Below, one piece after another: positions 18,035 through 26,796 of a stretch of DNA of 61,573 bases. Position 1 is the stretch's first letter; each line of letters starts with the position of its first letter. The DNA is from Candidatus Methylomirabilota bacterium. Lineage in GTDB: Bacteria > Methylomirabilota > Methylomirabilia > Rokubacteriales > CSP1-6. The position numbers and the translations under genes were made by a program. Under the pieces are notes generated by a model. It saw nothing but the letters and a program-made list of their open reading frames with translations, had not been told where the DNA came from and did not search any database. The DNA lies in assembly GCA_035649755.1 (NCBI GenBank), contig DASRIY010000377.1, positions 1 through 61,573 on the forward strand, in the 5' to 3' direction.

Positions 18035-19303
18035 TCAGACGAGTCCCACCGCGAGTCGGATCGCGTGGAGAAGTCCGCCGGCCAGCCCGCCTACGACCGT
18101 GCCGTTCACCCGGATGTACTGCAGATCGTCGCCGGCGTGCTCCTCGATGAGCCGCACCGCGCCGTCGGGCCCGAGCGCCCGCACGCCGTTCTCGATGAAC
18201 CCGGCGATCCGCTCGTGGTAGCGCTCGACCGCTTCCAGCACGCGTGCCTTCGCCCAGCGGTCGAGATCGCCCCGGAGCTGATCGTCGGCAGCCAGGGCGC
18301 GCCGGGCGCGGTCAAGACGCTCCACAATCCAGTCGCGCACCTCCGAGCGCGGCCGCTCGATGTCCGTGAGCACCGTCCGGTGGAGCGCAGCCGCCGCGTC
18401 CTCCAGCACGCCAGTCGCCATCGGCGTGGCCAGGAGATCGCGTTTGGCCGCCTCGACACGCTCGGCCAGTCGCTTGTCGCCGCGAAGCCGCGCCGGCAGC
18501 TCGCTGATCGCGTCGGTGAGCCGCTGGCGCACCGGATGATCGGGCTCCCCGACGATCTGCCGAAGCCCGGCCTGGAGCGCGGTCAGGAAGCGCTCGCGGT
18601 CGATCAATCCGAGCAGGCGCGCCACGCCGATCCAGAGGCGCGGGGCGAGACTCATCCCCTCGCGATAGCGCGCGAGGAGCTCGTCGACGACGTCCCCGGC
18701 GGTCGCACGAAACGCGGGCCGGTCGAGCGCCTCCGCGAGCGAGCCCGCCGCGGCCGTCACGAGCCGCCGATCCCACTCGTTGCGGTGCACGAGCTCCAGC
18801 ATTCCGGCCAGGAGCGGCGCGAGCGGGCGGTCGATCAGGAGATCGCGCAGTCGCGTGATCAGATCGCTCGCGACCTTGGGTGACAGCTCGCTCGCCAGCC
18901 AGCGGGCCAGCTCCCGGGTGGCCATCTCGAGGTCGCGCGACGAGATCGACGTGGCCGCGCGCGCGATCAGCGCCGCGATGTCGATCCGCGCGATCTCCTG
19001 CGCGACGTACTCCTTGGTGAGCACGCGGCTGCCGACCATCGTGCCGACCCGCGCCGCCATCAGCTCCCAGTTGGCGGGGATGAGCGCGGTGTGCGGGATC
19101 GGCAGGCCGAGCGGGCGCCGGAAGATCGCGGTCACCGCGAACCAGTCGGCGAGCCCGCCGACCACCCCGGCCTCGGCGATCGCCAGGATCCATCCGCCCC
19201 ACCAGGTGGCGCGAAATGGAATCATCGCGACGGTCAGCGCGGCGGCCGCGAGCAGCACGCCCAGCGCGAGTCGTCGCGGCTGTCGGCGGCCGGCGTGCGT
19301 CAT
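18035..19303 (-). CDS. DUF445 family membrane-associated protein
   Basis: GGLADWFAVTAIFRRPLGLPIPHTALIP motif and C-terminal RVNGTVVGGLAGGLLH, both characteristic of DUF445 (YjiN-like). Confidence 0.7.
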   Translation of the reverse strand: MTHAGRRQPRRLALGVLLAAAALTVAMIPFRATWWGGWILAIAEAGVVGGLADWFAVTAIFRRPLGLPIPHTALIPANWELMAARVGTMVGSRVLTKEYVAQEIARIDIAALIARAATSISSRDLEMATRELARWLASELSPKVASDLITRLRDLLIDRPLAPLLAGMLELVHRNEWDRRLVTAAAGSLAEALDRPAFRATAGDVVDELLARYREGMSLAPRLWIGVARLLGLIDRERFLTALQAGLRQIVGEPDHPVRQRLTDAISELPARLRGDKRLAERVEAAKRDLLATPMATGVLEDAAAALHRTVLTDIERPRSEVRDWIVERLDRARRALAADDQLRGDLDRWAKARVLEAVERYHERIAGFIENGVRALGPDGAVRLIEEHAGDDLQYIRVNGTVVGGLAGGLLHAIRLAVGLV

Positions 19304-19312
19304 CCGGCGGCC

Positions 19313-21031
19313 CTATCGCGCACCGGCCCGCCGGCGCGCCGGCAGGAGGATCTGGCTGCGCTTGACGTCCCAGACACCGCGCGGCGAGAGACGTGCGACC
19401 GGGAGGAAATCGGCCGCCAGGAAGAAGAGCGTGTAGAGCGGCTCGTGGTGCGGATAGCCGCGCTCGACCAGCAGGCGGCGCAGCTCGTCCTCGCGGGCGG
19501 CGACGTCCTCGAGAGAGCCGGCGGTCATGATGCCGCCGATCGGCAGCGGCAATTCCCACACGACGCGCTCGCCGTCGACCAGGACGATTCCGCCGTGCAG
19601 GTCGAGAAGGCGGTTGACCGCCCGCGCCATCGCCTCGGGACGGCGACCGAGCGCCAGGATGTTGAAGTCGGTGCTGATGGTGGACGCGAAGCCGTCGAGC
19701 CGCTCGGCGAAGCGCGCGACGACGCCGGGCGCGACCCACCGTCCGCGCCGGTCGATCAGGGCGGCGTGGAGATCGCCGGGCGTCAGCGCGCGCTCCTCGA
19801 GCCGGGTGATCACCGCGCTCGACAGGCTGATGACGGGATAGCGCGGGCGCGCGGGAAGCTCGAAGTCGACGGGACGCACCCGCCAGCCCGCGGTCAGCCG
19901 CGCGGCGGGCGACGTGAAGATGCGCCGCCAGGGCGGCTCGGGCACGCGCCCCGAGAGCCGGCCGCCGGCCGCGATCACCTTGCCGCGCGCGATCACGCTG
20001 AGCGGCCGCGGCGCGGAGAGATCTTCGAGCAGGCAGATGTCGGCGTAGCGGCCGGGCGCCACGCCGCCGAGGTCGGCGTCGAGCCCGTAGTAGGTCGCCG
20101 GGTTCAGCGTGGCCATGCGATAGGCGTCGACCGGCGGCACGCCACGCTCGAGCGCCACGCGAATCAGATGGTCGACGAACCCGTGGGTCCGGACGAAGGC
20201 GGGCATCGAGCCGTCGCAGGTCAGCATCAAGCGCGAGGCCAGCGCGGGCGCCGTCTTGAGCGCGTCGAGCAGCCCCGAGAGATCCGGACGCAGGGACGAC
20301 TCGCGCAACATCACCGCGATGCCCTGGCGCGCGCGGTCCAGCACCTCCGGCGCGGTGATCGGCTCGTGATCCGAGGTGAAGCCGGCGGCGGCGATCGCGG
20401 CGATCTTGTCGGCCGAGGCGCCGGCCGTGTGGCCTTCGACCCGCTTGCCGCGCGCGAGGGCGAGGCGTCGCAGGAGCTCGGGATCGCCGCGCCAGGCGTC
20501 GGGCCAGCGCGTCACCTCACCGATCGCGAGCGCCCGCGGATGCGCCAGCGCGCGCGCGAGGGTCCGCGGCTCGAAACGCCGCCACTCTCCGGGCGCGCGG
20601 CTCTGGGCGTGCGGGCGCAGCATCCAGTAGAACCGGAGCGGCGACGCGAGCAACGCGTCGGCCGTCGCCCGGAACGCGGCGAGGCCGCCGAGCTCCCAGA
20701 ACTGCAGCGTGTCGGCGACGACCGTCGTGGTGCCGAGCGGCAGGATGAACCGCGCCAGCGCCGCCGGTGTGCAGAGCGTCGCCGGATGCACGTGCGGGTC
20801 GATGTAGCCGGGCACCAGCACCTGCCCCGCCGCGTCGATGACGCGCGTGCGCGGCCCCACCATGTCGTCGCGCGGGCCCACGTAGGCGATCCGCTCGCCC
20901 TTGATGGCGACGGCGGCCGGGTAGATCTCCCCGGTGTAGACGTTGAGCAGCGATGCGCCGCGCACGTAGAGGTCGGCCGGGGAGGCGCCGCGAGCGACAT
21001 CGGTGAGGCGCCGGCGCTCAGCGATGGTCAC
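19313..21031 (-). CDS. ade: Adenine deaminase-like amidohydrolase
   Basis: 572 aa; metal-binding LVPGYIDPHVHP motif; overall length and layout of adenine deaminase. Confidence 0.7.
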   Translation of the reverse strand: MTIAERRRLTDVARGASPADLYVRGASLLNVYTGEIYPAAVAIKGERIAYVGPRDDMVGPRTRVIDAAGQVLVPGYIDPHVHPATLCTPAALARFILPLGTTTVVADTLQFWELGGLAAFRATADALLASPLRFYWMLRPHAQSRAPGEWRRFEPRTLARALAHPRALAIGEVTRWPDAWRGDPELLRRLALARGKRVEGHTAGASADKIAAIAAAGFTSDHEPITAPEVLDRARQGIAVMLRESSLRPDLSGLLDALKTAPALASRLMLTCDGSMPAFVRTHGFVDHLIRVALERGVPPVDAYRMATLNPATYYGLDADLGGVAPGRYADICLLEDLSAPRPLSVIARGKVIAAGGRLSGRVPEPPWRRIFTSPAARLTAGWRVRPVDFELPARPRYPVISLSSAVITRLEERALTPGDLHAALIDRRGRWVAPGVVARFAERLDGFASTISTDFNILALGRRPEAMARAVNRLLDLHGGIVLVDGERVVWELPLPIGGIMTAGSLEDVAAREDELRRLLVERGYPHHEPLYTLFFLAADFLPVARLSPRGVWDVKRSQILLPARRRAGAR

Positions 21032-21067
21032 AACTGAAGATTACCCCACGCGTGTGAAAATGGCTCG

Positions 21068-21490
21068 ATGAGCCGCGCCATCAGCATCACCAGCACCGTG
21101 CGTGTGCCCGATTCGGCGATCCAGGTTCGGGCCGTGCGCGCCTCCGGCCCGGGCGGGCAGAACGTGAACAAGGTCGCGACCAAGGTCGACCTGCGCGTCG
21201 ATCTCGACGCCGTCGAGGGTCTGTCGGCGGCCGCGCGGGCGCGGCTCCTGGCGCTCTGTCGTCACCGGCTCGACGCCGACGGCCGCCTGATGGTCTCGAG
21301 CCAGGTGACGCGCAATCAGGCGCGCAATCTCGAGGACGCGCGCGAGCGCGTGCGGGCGCTCGTCACGGCGGCCTTGCGCGAGCCCAGGACGCGCACGCCG
21401 TCCGCGCCTTCAGCGGGCGCGCGGGAACGGAGAATCGAGGCGAAGAAGCGCCGCGCCGCGCTCAAGCGCGACCGCCGGACGCTCGACTAG
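21068..21490 (+). CDS. arfB: Alternative ribosome-rescue factor ArfB (peptidyl-tRNA hydrolase, GGQ domain)
   Basis: SGPGGQNVNKVATKVDLR GGQ motif plus a basic C-terminal tail (KKRRAALKRDRR); 140 aa. Confidence 0.9.
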   Translation: MSRAISITSTVRVPDSAIQVRAVRASGPGGQNVNKVATKVDLRVDLDAVEGLSAAARARLLALCRHRLDADGRLMVSSQVTRNQARNLEDARERVRALVTAALREPRTRTPSAPSAGARERRIEAKKRRAALKRDRRTLD

Positions 21491-21502
21491 CGTTGGCGCG
21501 GC

Positions 21503-21766
21503 CTAGCGCTTCGGAGCGCGGCTGGCGCGGTAGGCGGCGGCGCCGGCGCGGACGCCGACCCTGAAGCTGCGGCTCAGGAGCGTCGCCTGGGCCACCGCCT
21601 CGCGCACCCGCGGCTCGGCGCGGCGCATCGCGCGCTCGAGCTGGACGCGCGTGCGCCGCTCGAGCCGCTTCATGCGACGGCGCGCTTGCCCCTGAGCCCG
21701 GTTGGCCTGGGCCTTCAAGGTCTTCAGATGCTTCTGGATCGCGGCCAGCTGCTGCTCGATCGTCAT
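21503..21766 (-). CDS. Hypothetical basic coiled-coil protein
   Basis: 87-aa ORF directly downstream of the oxidoreductase on the same strand, with heptad-like basic sequence. No recognisable family. Confidence 0.3.
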   Translation of the reverse strand: MTIEQQLAAIQKHLKTLKAQANRAQGQARRRMKRLERRTRVQLERAMRRAEPRVREAVAQATLLSRSFRVGVRAGAAAYRASRAPKR

Positions 21767-21798
21767 CGCGGCCCCCTTCCCGTCACGCGATTGCGGGC

Positions 21799-24700
21799 TC
21801 AGAAGCCGAGCGCGCGCACCTCGTCGCGGAAGCGCTGCACGTTCTCGAGCTTGATGTCCTCGTAGCCGCGGATGACGTCCGGCAAGCTCGCCAGCTTCAC
21901 GGCGCGCTCGTAGCTTTCGGGCGACAGACCGACGAGCGCCTTGTCCACGAGGCCGCGATACTCACCGGGAAGCTGCCGCTCCACGCGCCGGACCGCGGCG
22001 AATCCGAACGGGTCGATCCAGGTCCCGCGCAGCGTCTTCATGGCCGCGAGCGTGCGGAAGCACCGCTCGAACCACGTGCCGAGCTTGATCTTCCGCTTGA
22101 GGCCGAGGGCTCGGAAGATGGGCGGGTGCAGGTTGTACTGGAGGGTGACGCCGCCGGGGAACTCGGCCTCGAGCGCCCGCGCGATGTCCGTCTTGAGATG
22201 CAGGCGGGCCACCTCGTACTCGTCCTTGAACGCCATCAGCTTGAAGAGATAGCGCGCGACCGCCTCCGACAGGCGCGTTTCGCCGGGCACCGCCGCCGCC
22301 TCCGCCTCGCGCACGCGCCGGACGAAGCCGACGTACTCACTGGCGTACGCGGCGCTCTGATAGGCGATCAGCTCGGGCACGCGAATCTCCAGGAGCCGCC
22401 TGAGCTCTTCCGTGGCGTCCACGCGATCGACCAGCGCGCGCGCCTCCTTCGACAGCTCCGGCGTGCTCGCCACGGCGCCGAGACGCTGCCGGGTGACCGT
22501 CTGGACCCAGGCCGGGTCGGCGACGAGGAGCCGGCCCGCGCGGAACGCGTGCGTGTTCATTTGCACCGAGACGCCGTTGAGCTTGATCGCGTCCTCGATC
22601 GCGTCGGCGCTCACCGGGATGGCGCCGGCCTGCCAGGCGGCGCCCAGCACGATCATGTTGGCCGCCATGTGGTCGTCGAAGAGCGTCTCGGCCAATCCCA
22701 GCGCGTCGAGATAGACGTTCTCGTCTTTCCGGGTCACGCGGTCGATCGACGTGATGAGCCCGTTCGCCTCGGGAAACTCGACGGTCGTCGACGTCACCAT
22801 GGCGCCGGTCGGCACCTGGCTGGTCGAGACGACCGCGATCGTCCGGTCCGGGCGCGCGTGGTCGAGATTCTGCGGCGTGGTGGCGACGAGCACGTCGAAT
22901 CCGATGTAGCAGTCGGCCGAGCCTGCCGAGACCTTGTTGGAGGACTCGGTGGCGTGCTCGAAGATCTTCAGGTGCGAGACGACCGGTCCGCCCTTCTGGC
23001 TGAGACCGGTCTGATCGAGGCCGCGGACGTGCTTGCCGTCGAGGAGCGCCGCGGTGCCCAGGATCTGGTTCACCGTGACCACGCCGGTGCCGCCGATGCC
23101 CATCATGAAGATGTTGGCGTCCTCGGGCACGTTGAACGGGGGCGCCGGCAACGTCTGGTCGACGATGAAGACGCGGCGCTCCTTCTTCTTGGTCATTCGT
23201 GGCACGACCGTCAGGAACGACGGGCAGTCGCCTTTCAGGCACGAGTAGTCCTTGTTGCACGATGACTGATGGATCTGGGTCTTGCGCCCGAACTCCGTCT
23301 CGACCGGGTGCACCGACAGGCAATTGCTCTTCACGCCGCAGTCGCCGCAGCCCTCGCAGACGGCCTCGTTGATGACCACGCGCATCGCGGGATCGGGCAG
23401 CTTGCCGCGCTTGCGCAGCCGCCGCTTCTCCGCGGCGCACCGCTGGTCGTAGACGAGCGCCGTGACACCCGGGATGTCGCGGAGCACCCGCTGCGCCTCG
23501 TCGAGCCGGTCGCGATGCCACACCTCGACGCCGGGCGCCCACATGGTCGACTTCGGGTACTTGTCGGGCTCGTCGGTCATCACGATGATGCGCTTGACGC
23601 CCTCGGCCGCGATCGACCGCGTCAGCTCGGGCACCGGCATGGCGCCGGCGGCGTCCTGCCCGCCCGTCATGGCGACCGCCGAGTTGTAGAGGATCTTGTA
23701 GGTGATGTTGGCGCTCGACGCGACGGCCTGCCGGATGGCCAGCGAGCCCGAGTGGAAGAACGTGCCGTCACCCAGGTTCTGGAAGAGGTGCTTGGTCTCG
23801 GTGAACGGCGCCATGCCCACCCACTGCGCGCCCTCGCCGCCCATGTGGGTGAGACCCATCGTCTTCCTGTCCATCAGCAGCGCCATCCCGTGGCAGCCGA
23901 TTCCGGCGCTGGCCATGGAGCCCTCAGGCAGCACGGTCGAGCGGTTGTGCGGACAGCCCGAGCAGAAGTACGGCTGGCGCGACAAGGTCAGCGGCGCGGG
24001 CCGCTGGCGCAGCGCCTCCAGGAGCGCCACGCGCGCCGTGATCGAGTCGAGGTGCACGCGGCGCTCGAGACGCGCGGCCACGATGTGGGCGATCCGGTCG
24101 GCGTCGAGCTCGCTGTCGGCCGGCACGAGCGGACGGCCGTTCTCGTCGGACTTGCCGACGACGCGCGGGCGCTCGGCCTGGTTATAGAGGATGTCGCGGA
24201 TGAACATCTCGCAGAACGCGCGCTTCTCCTCGACGACCAGGATCTCCTCGAGACCGCGGGCGAACTCACGAACGGTGCCCGGCTCCATCGGGAACAGCAT
24301 CTCGAGCTTGAGCAAGCGGATGCCGTACTGGCGGAGCGCCGCGTTGTCGAGACCGAGCTCGGTGAGCGCCTCGCGCAGGTCGTAGTACGTCTTGCCGGGT
24401 GCGACGATGCCGAGCCAGGCGTCGGGCGTGGGAATCGTGATGCGGTTGAGCCGGTTGGCGGCCGCGAACATCTTCGCGGCCTCGAGCCGGCCGTAGTGGA
24501 TCTCGCGCTCGGCTTCAAGACCCCAGGGCGGCATCAGCATCGGCGTCTGTCGCGCCTGCCAGGGTCGGCCCTCGTAGACGAAGCCCGGATCGGCGATCAC
24601 GATGCGATCGGGCGCCACCTCGGCAATGGCGATCTCGTCGGCGACATTCGTCACGATCTTGAAGCCCACCCAGAGCCCCGAATAGCGCGACAGCTCGAAG

Positions 24701-25260
24701 CCGAGTCGGCCGAGGTCGAGGATTTCCTGCGTGTTGCCCGGAAAGAGCACGGGGAACAGCGCGTCGTAGAATGCCACCTCTGAGTGCGACGGGATCGTGG
24801 ACGACTTCGAGAGCGGGTCGTCGCCGCCGAGCGCCAGCACGCCTCCGTGACGGCCGACGCCGGCGAAATTGGCGTGCTTGAAGATGTCGCCAGTCCGGTC
24901 CACGCCGGGGCCCTTGCCGTACCACATGCCGAGAACGCCGTCGTATTTCGGCTGCGGGAACAGGTTGGCGAGCTGGCTGCCGTAGACCGCCGTCGCGCCG
25001 AGATCTTCGTTCACCCCCGAGAGGAACACGACGTTGTGCTCACGCAGCAGGCCGGGATTGCGCTCGAGCGTCAGGTCGAGGCCGCCGAGCGGCGAGCCGC
25101 GATAGCCGGAGATGAGCGTGGCGGTGTTGAGCCCGCGGCGCTTGTCGGCCCGGTGCTGATCGAGAGGCAAGCGCACCAGCGCCTGAACGCCCGAAAGGAG
25201 GATCTGTCCTTCTTCCTGGCGATACTTGGCGTCCAGGGTGAATTCGCGCGGCGTCGCCAT
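21799..25260 (-). CDS. Indolepyruvate:ferredoxin oxidoreductase family protein (fused alpha/beta)
   Basis: 1153 aa; TPP-binding region (GDGTFFHSG), 4Fe-4S motif CEGCGDCGVKSNC, and the N-terminal EFTLDAKYRQEEGQILLSGVQALVR typical of fused IOR. Confidence 0.9.
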   Translation of the reverse strand: MATPREFTLDAKYRQEEGQILLSGVQALVRLPLDQHRADKRRGLNTATLISGYRGSPLGGLDLTLERNPGLLREHNVVFLSGVNEDLGATAVYGSQLANLFPQPKYDGVLGMWYGKGPGVDRTGDIFKHANFAGVGRHGGVLALGGDDPLSKSSTIPSHSEVAFYDALFPVLFPGNTQEILDLGRLGFELSRYSGLWVGFKIVTNVADEIAIAEVAPDRIVIADPGFVYEGRPWQARQTPMLMPPWGLEAEREIHYGRLEAAKMFAAANRLNRITIPTPDAWLGIVAPGKTYYDLREALTELGLDNAALRQYGIRLLKLEMLFPMEPGTVREFARGLEEILVVEEKRAFCEMFIRDILYNQAERPRVVGKSDENGRPLVPADSELDADRIAHIVAARLERRVHLDSITARVALLEALRQRPAPLTLSRQPYFCSGCPHNRSTVLPEGSMASAGIGCHGMALLMDRKTMGLTHMGGEGAQWVGMAPFTETKHLFQNLGDGTFFHSGSLAIRQAVASSANITYKILYNSAVAMTGGQDAAGAMPVPELTRSIAAEGVKRIIVMTDEPDKYPKSTMWAPGVEVWHRDRLDEAQRVLRDIPGVTALVYDQRCAAEKRRLRKRGKLPDPAMRVVINEAVCEGCGDCGVKSNCLSVHPVETEFGRKTQIHQSSCNKDYSCLKGDCPSFLTVVPRMTKKKERRVFIVDQTLPAPPFNVPEDANIFMMGIGGTGVVTVNQILGTAALLDGKHVRGLDQTGLSQKGGPVVSHLKIFEHATESSNKVSAGSADCYIGFDVLVATTPQNLDHARPDRTIAVVSTSQVPTGAMVTSTTVEFPEANGLITSIDRVTRKDENVYLDALGLAETLFDDHMAANMIVLGAAWQAGAIPVSADAIEDAIKLNGVSVQMNTHAFRAGRLLVADPAWVQTVTRQRLGAVASTPELSKEARALVDRVDATEELRRLLEIRVPELIAYQSAAYASEYVGFVRRVREAEAAAVPGETRLSEAVARYLFKLMAFKDEYEVARLHLKTDIARALEAEFPGGVTLQYNLHPPIFRALGLKRKIKLGTWFERCFRTLAAMKTLRGTWIDPFGFAAVRRVERQLPGEYRGLVDKALVGLSPESYERAVKLASLPDVIRGYEDIKLENVQRFRDEVRALGF

Positions 25261-25302
25261 GCGGTCTCCTCTCGAGAGTGAACGCTCGAAGGCGCTGGAC
25301 GT

Positions 25303-25331
25303 ATGATACGGGCGCCCCCGGTGGGGCGCAA
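25303..25331 (-). promoter_or_regulatory. Candidate sigma70-like promoter for the oxidoreductase gene
   Basis: Minus strand: TTGCGC (25331-25326), 17-nt spacer, TATCAT (25308-25303). GGAGA SD lies upstream of ATG 25260. Overlaps a GCGCCCC-cggt-GGGGCGC hairpin just after the nuclease stop. Confidence 0.3.
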
Positions 25332-25332
25332 A

Positions 25333-25815
25333 TCAGGGCGTCGGACTCGACGCCGCCCAGAGGCCGCGGCCGGCGGCGCGCGCCTCGCGCTGCAGCTTCA
25401 CGAAGAGAGCCTGGTGCCGGACGTTCGGCGGCACGGTCATGACCTGCGCATAGCCGAGGCGCACGAGCTCGGCGTTCACCATCAGATCGCCGACCCAGAC
25501 GTACGCCAGAAGCCGCCCGTACTGGTCCCGCGCTCGCACGTCCAGCTCGAGCCGCACGTGTCGGCCGCCCACGAGGCGCCGGTTCAGCGCGGTCGCCTCG
25601 CGACCTCCCGGCTCTTCACCCCAGAACGGGTGATGGATCTCGGGCGCATCGATGCCGATGTAGCGAACCTTCTCGACACGCGCGCCGCACTGAACGTGAA
25701 TGGTGTCGCCGTCGACCACGTGTGTGGCGGCGCAGTGGTCCGTCTGCGCCGGCGCCGCCGACGCCAGGACGAGCAAGAGAAGGAGGAGCGGGAGCCACCA
25801 GCGGCGAGGCACCAC
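25333..25815 (-). CDS. Secreted thermonuclease (staphylococcal nuclease/SNase family)
   Basis: Signal peptide WWLPLLLLLLVLASAAPA; VVDGDTIHV...VRYIGIDAPE...GREA motifs of SNase. Confidence 0.85.
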   Translation of the reverse strand: MVPRRWWLPLLLLLLVLASAAPAQTDHCAATHVVDGDTIHVQCGARVEKVRYIGIDAPEIHHPFWGEEPGGREATALNRRLVGGRHVRLELDVRARDQYGRLLAYVWVGDLMVNAELVRLGYAQVMTVPPNVRHQALFVKLQREARAAGRGLWAASSPTP

Positions 25816-25894
25816 GCCGTCACGGTGTCACTCCGGGCGGACGGGTGTCAACAATTGGGTACAGCAGAACGTGCGGAGAGCGCTGGAGTGCGAG

Positions 25895-26155
25895 CTACTC
25901 GACGCGGAACATCGCGTAGCCGAGCGACCGGAGCTGCGTGTCGACGAAGGGCTGATGACGCCGCTCGGCGCCACGCCGCTCGACCTCGCTCTGACCGTTC
26001 GCTACGCGGCGATCACGACCCGATCGGCGATCCAGGAACACCTCGACATTTTCCTCGGCCGCGAACTGCCGCTCCAGGTATTCGCACAGGCTTGCCTGGT
26101 CGCGCGCGACGATGAAATAGTGCCGAGTGATGACCGCCACACGACTATATTCCAC
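25895..26155 (-). CDS. Small Arg-rich protein, copy 2 of the family
   Basis: ...HYFIVARDQASLCEYLERQFAAEENVEVFLDRRSGRDRRVANGQSEVERRGAERR...LRSLGYAMFRVE. Lies 15 nt downstream of the NYN gene stop. Start uncertain (GTG 26155 or GTG 26140). Confidence 0.55.
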   Translation of the reverse strand: MEYSRVAVITRHYFIVARDQASLCEYLERQFAAEENVEVFLDRRSGRDRRVANGQSEVERRGAERRHQPFVDTQLRSLGYAMFRVE

Positions 26156-26170
26156 GATCCCCCGCGCAGG

Positions 26171-26755
26171 TCAAGGTCGGCGGAGCCGTCCGAGCGCTCG
26201 TTTTTCCCGCCTGGCTTTCTTGGAAAGCCGGCGGGGGTTCCCCCGCTTCTCCCGGGGGTTTTCCGGAAGGTCAAGATCCCGGTCCTTGGTCCAAATCTCA
26301 GCCGGATCGGACGGGTTGTCCGCGGGGCCAGAGCCACGCCGCTCCTTGCTCAGGCCACCCTCGGACCAAACCGGCCTCGAGGACCCCGCTACAACATCCA
26401 GAAACTGCTCAGCGGTGAGAGCCGCCGCCCCGGCTCGGCGGGCGGCGTCCTGGATCCGGCGGTCGGAGCTGACGACGACCGCCCCGCTCTGCCACTGGCG
26501 CGCCAGGCGAATGAGCTCGTCGTCGGCCGTGTGGGGCGGGCGGGAGAAGATCGTCCGGATCCGCCCATGCGACGGGCCGCCGCCGGCCACCCGCGCCCCG
26601 TCGAAGACCACCGTGAACTCGTCGCGCGGGTCGCGGTGAGCGCGCGCCAGCAGGTGAAGGAGCGCCCGCCGTCCGGCCTCGAGGCTTTCGGCCTCGCGGG
26701 CCCGAAGATCCGGCTCGCGCCGGATGACGTTGTAGCCGTCGATGAGCCAGCGCAC
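26171..26755 (-). CDS. NYN-domain RNase-like protein (YacP/Rae1 family) with a basic C-terminal tail
   Basis: MRWLIDGYNVI...FTVVFDG...VVSSDRRIQDAARRAGA pattern of the YacP NYN domain; the tail is rich in K/R (KRGNPRRLSKKARREKR). Confidence 0.8.
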   Translation of the reverse strand: MRWLIDGYNVIRREPDLRAREAESLEAGRRALLHLLARAHRDPRDEFTVVFDGARVAGGGPSHGRIRTIFSRPPHTADDELIRLARQWQSGAVVVSSDRRIQDAARRAGAAALTAEQFLDVVAGSSRPVWSEGGLSKERRGSGPADNPSDPAEIWTKDRDLDLPENPREKRGNPRRLSKKARREKRALGRLRRP

Positions 26756-26796
26756 GGCCTCAGTATCCCCCGCCCCACCGGCCGGAAAGGCGATTC

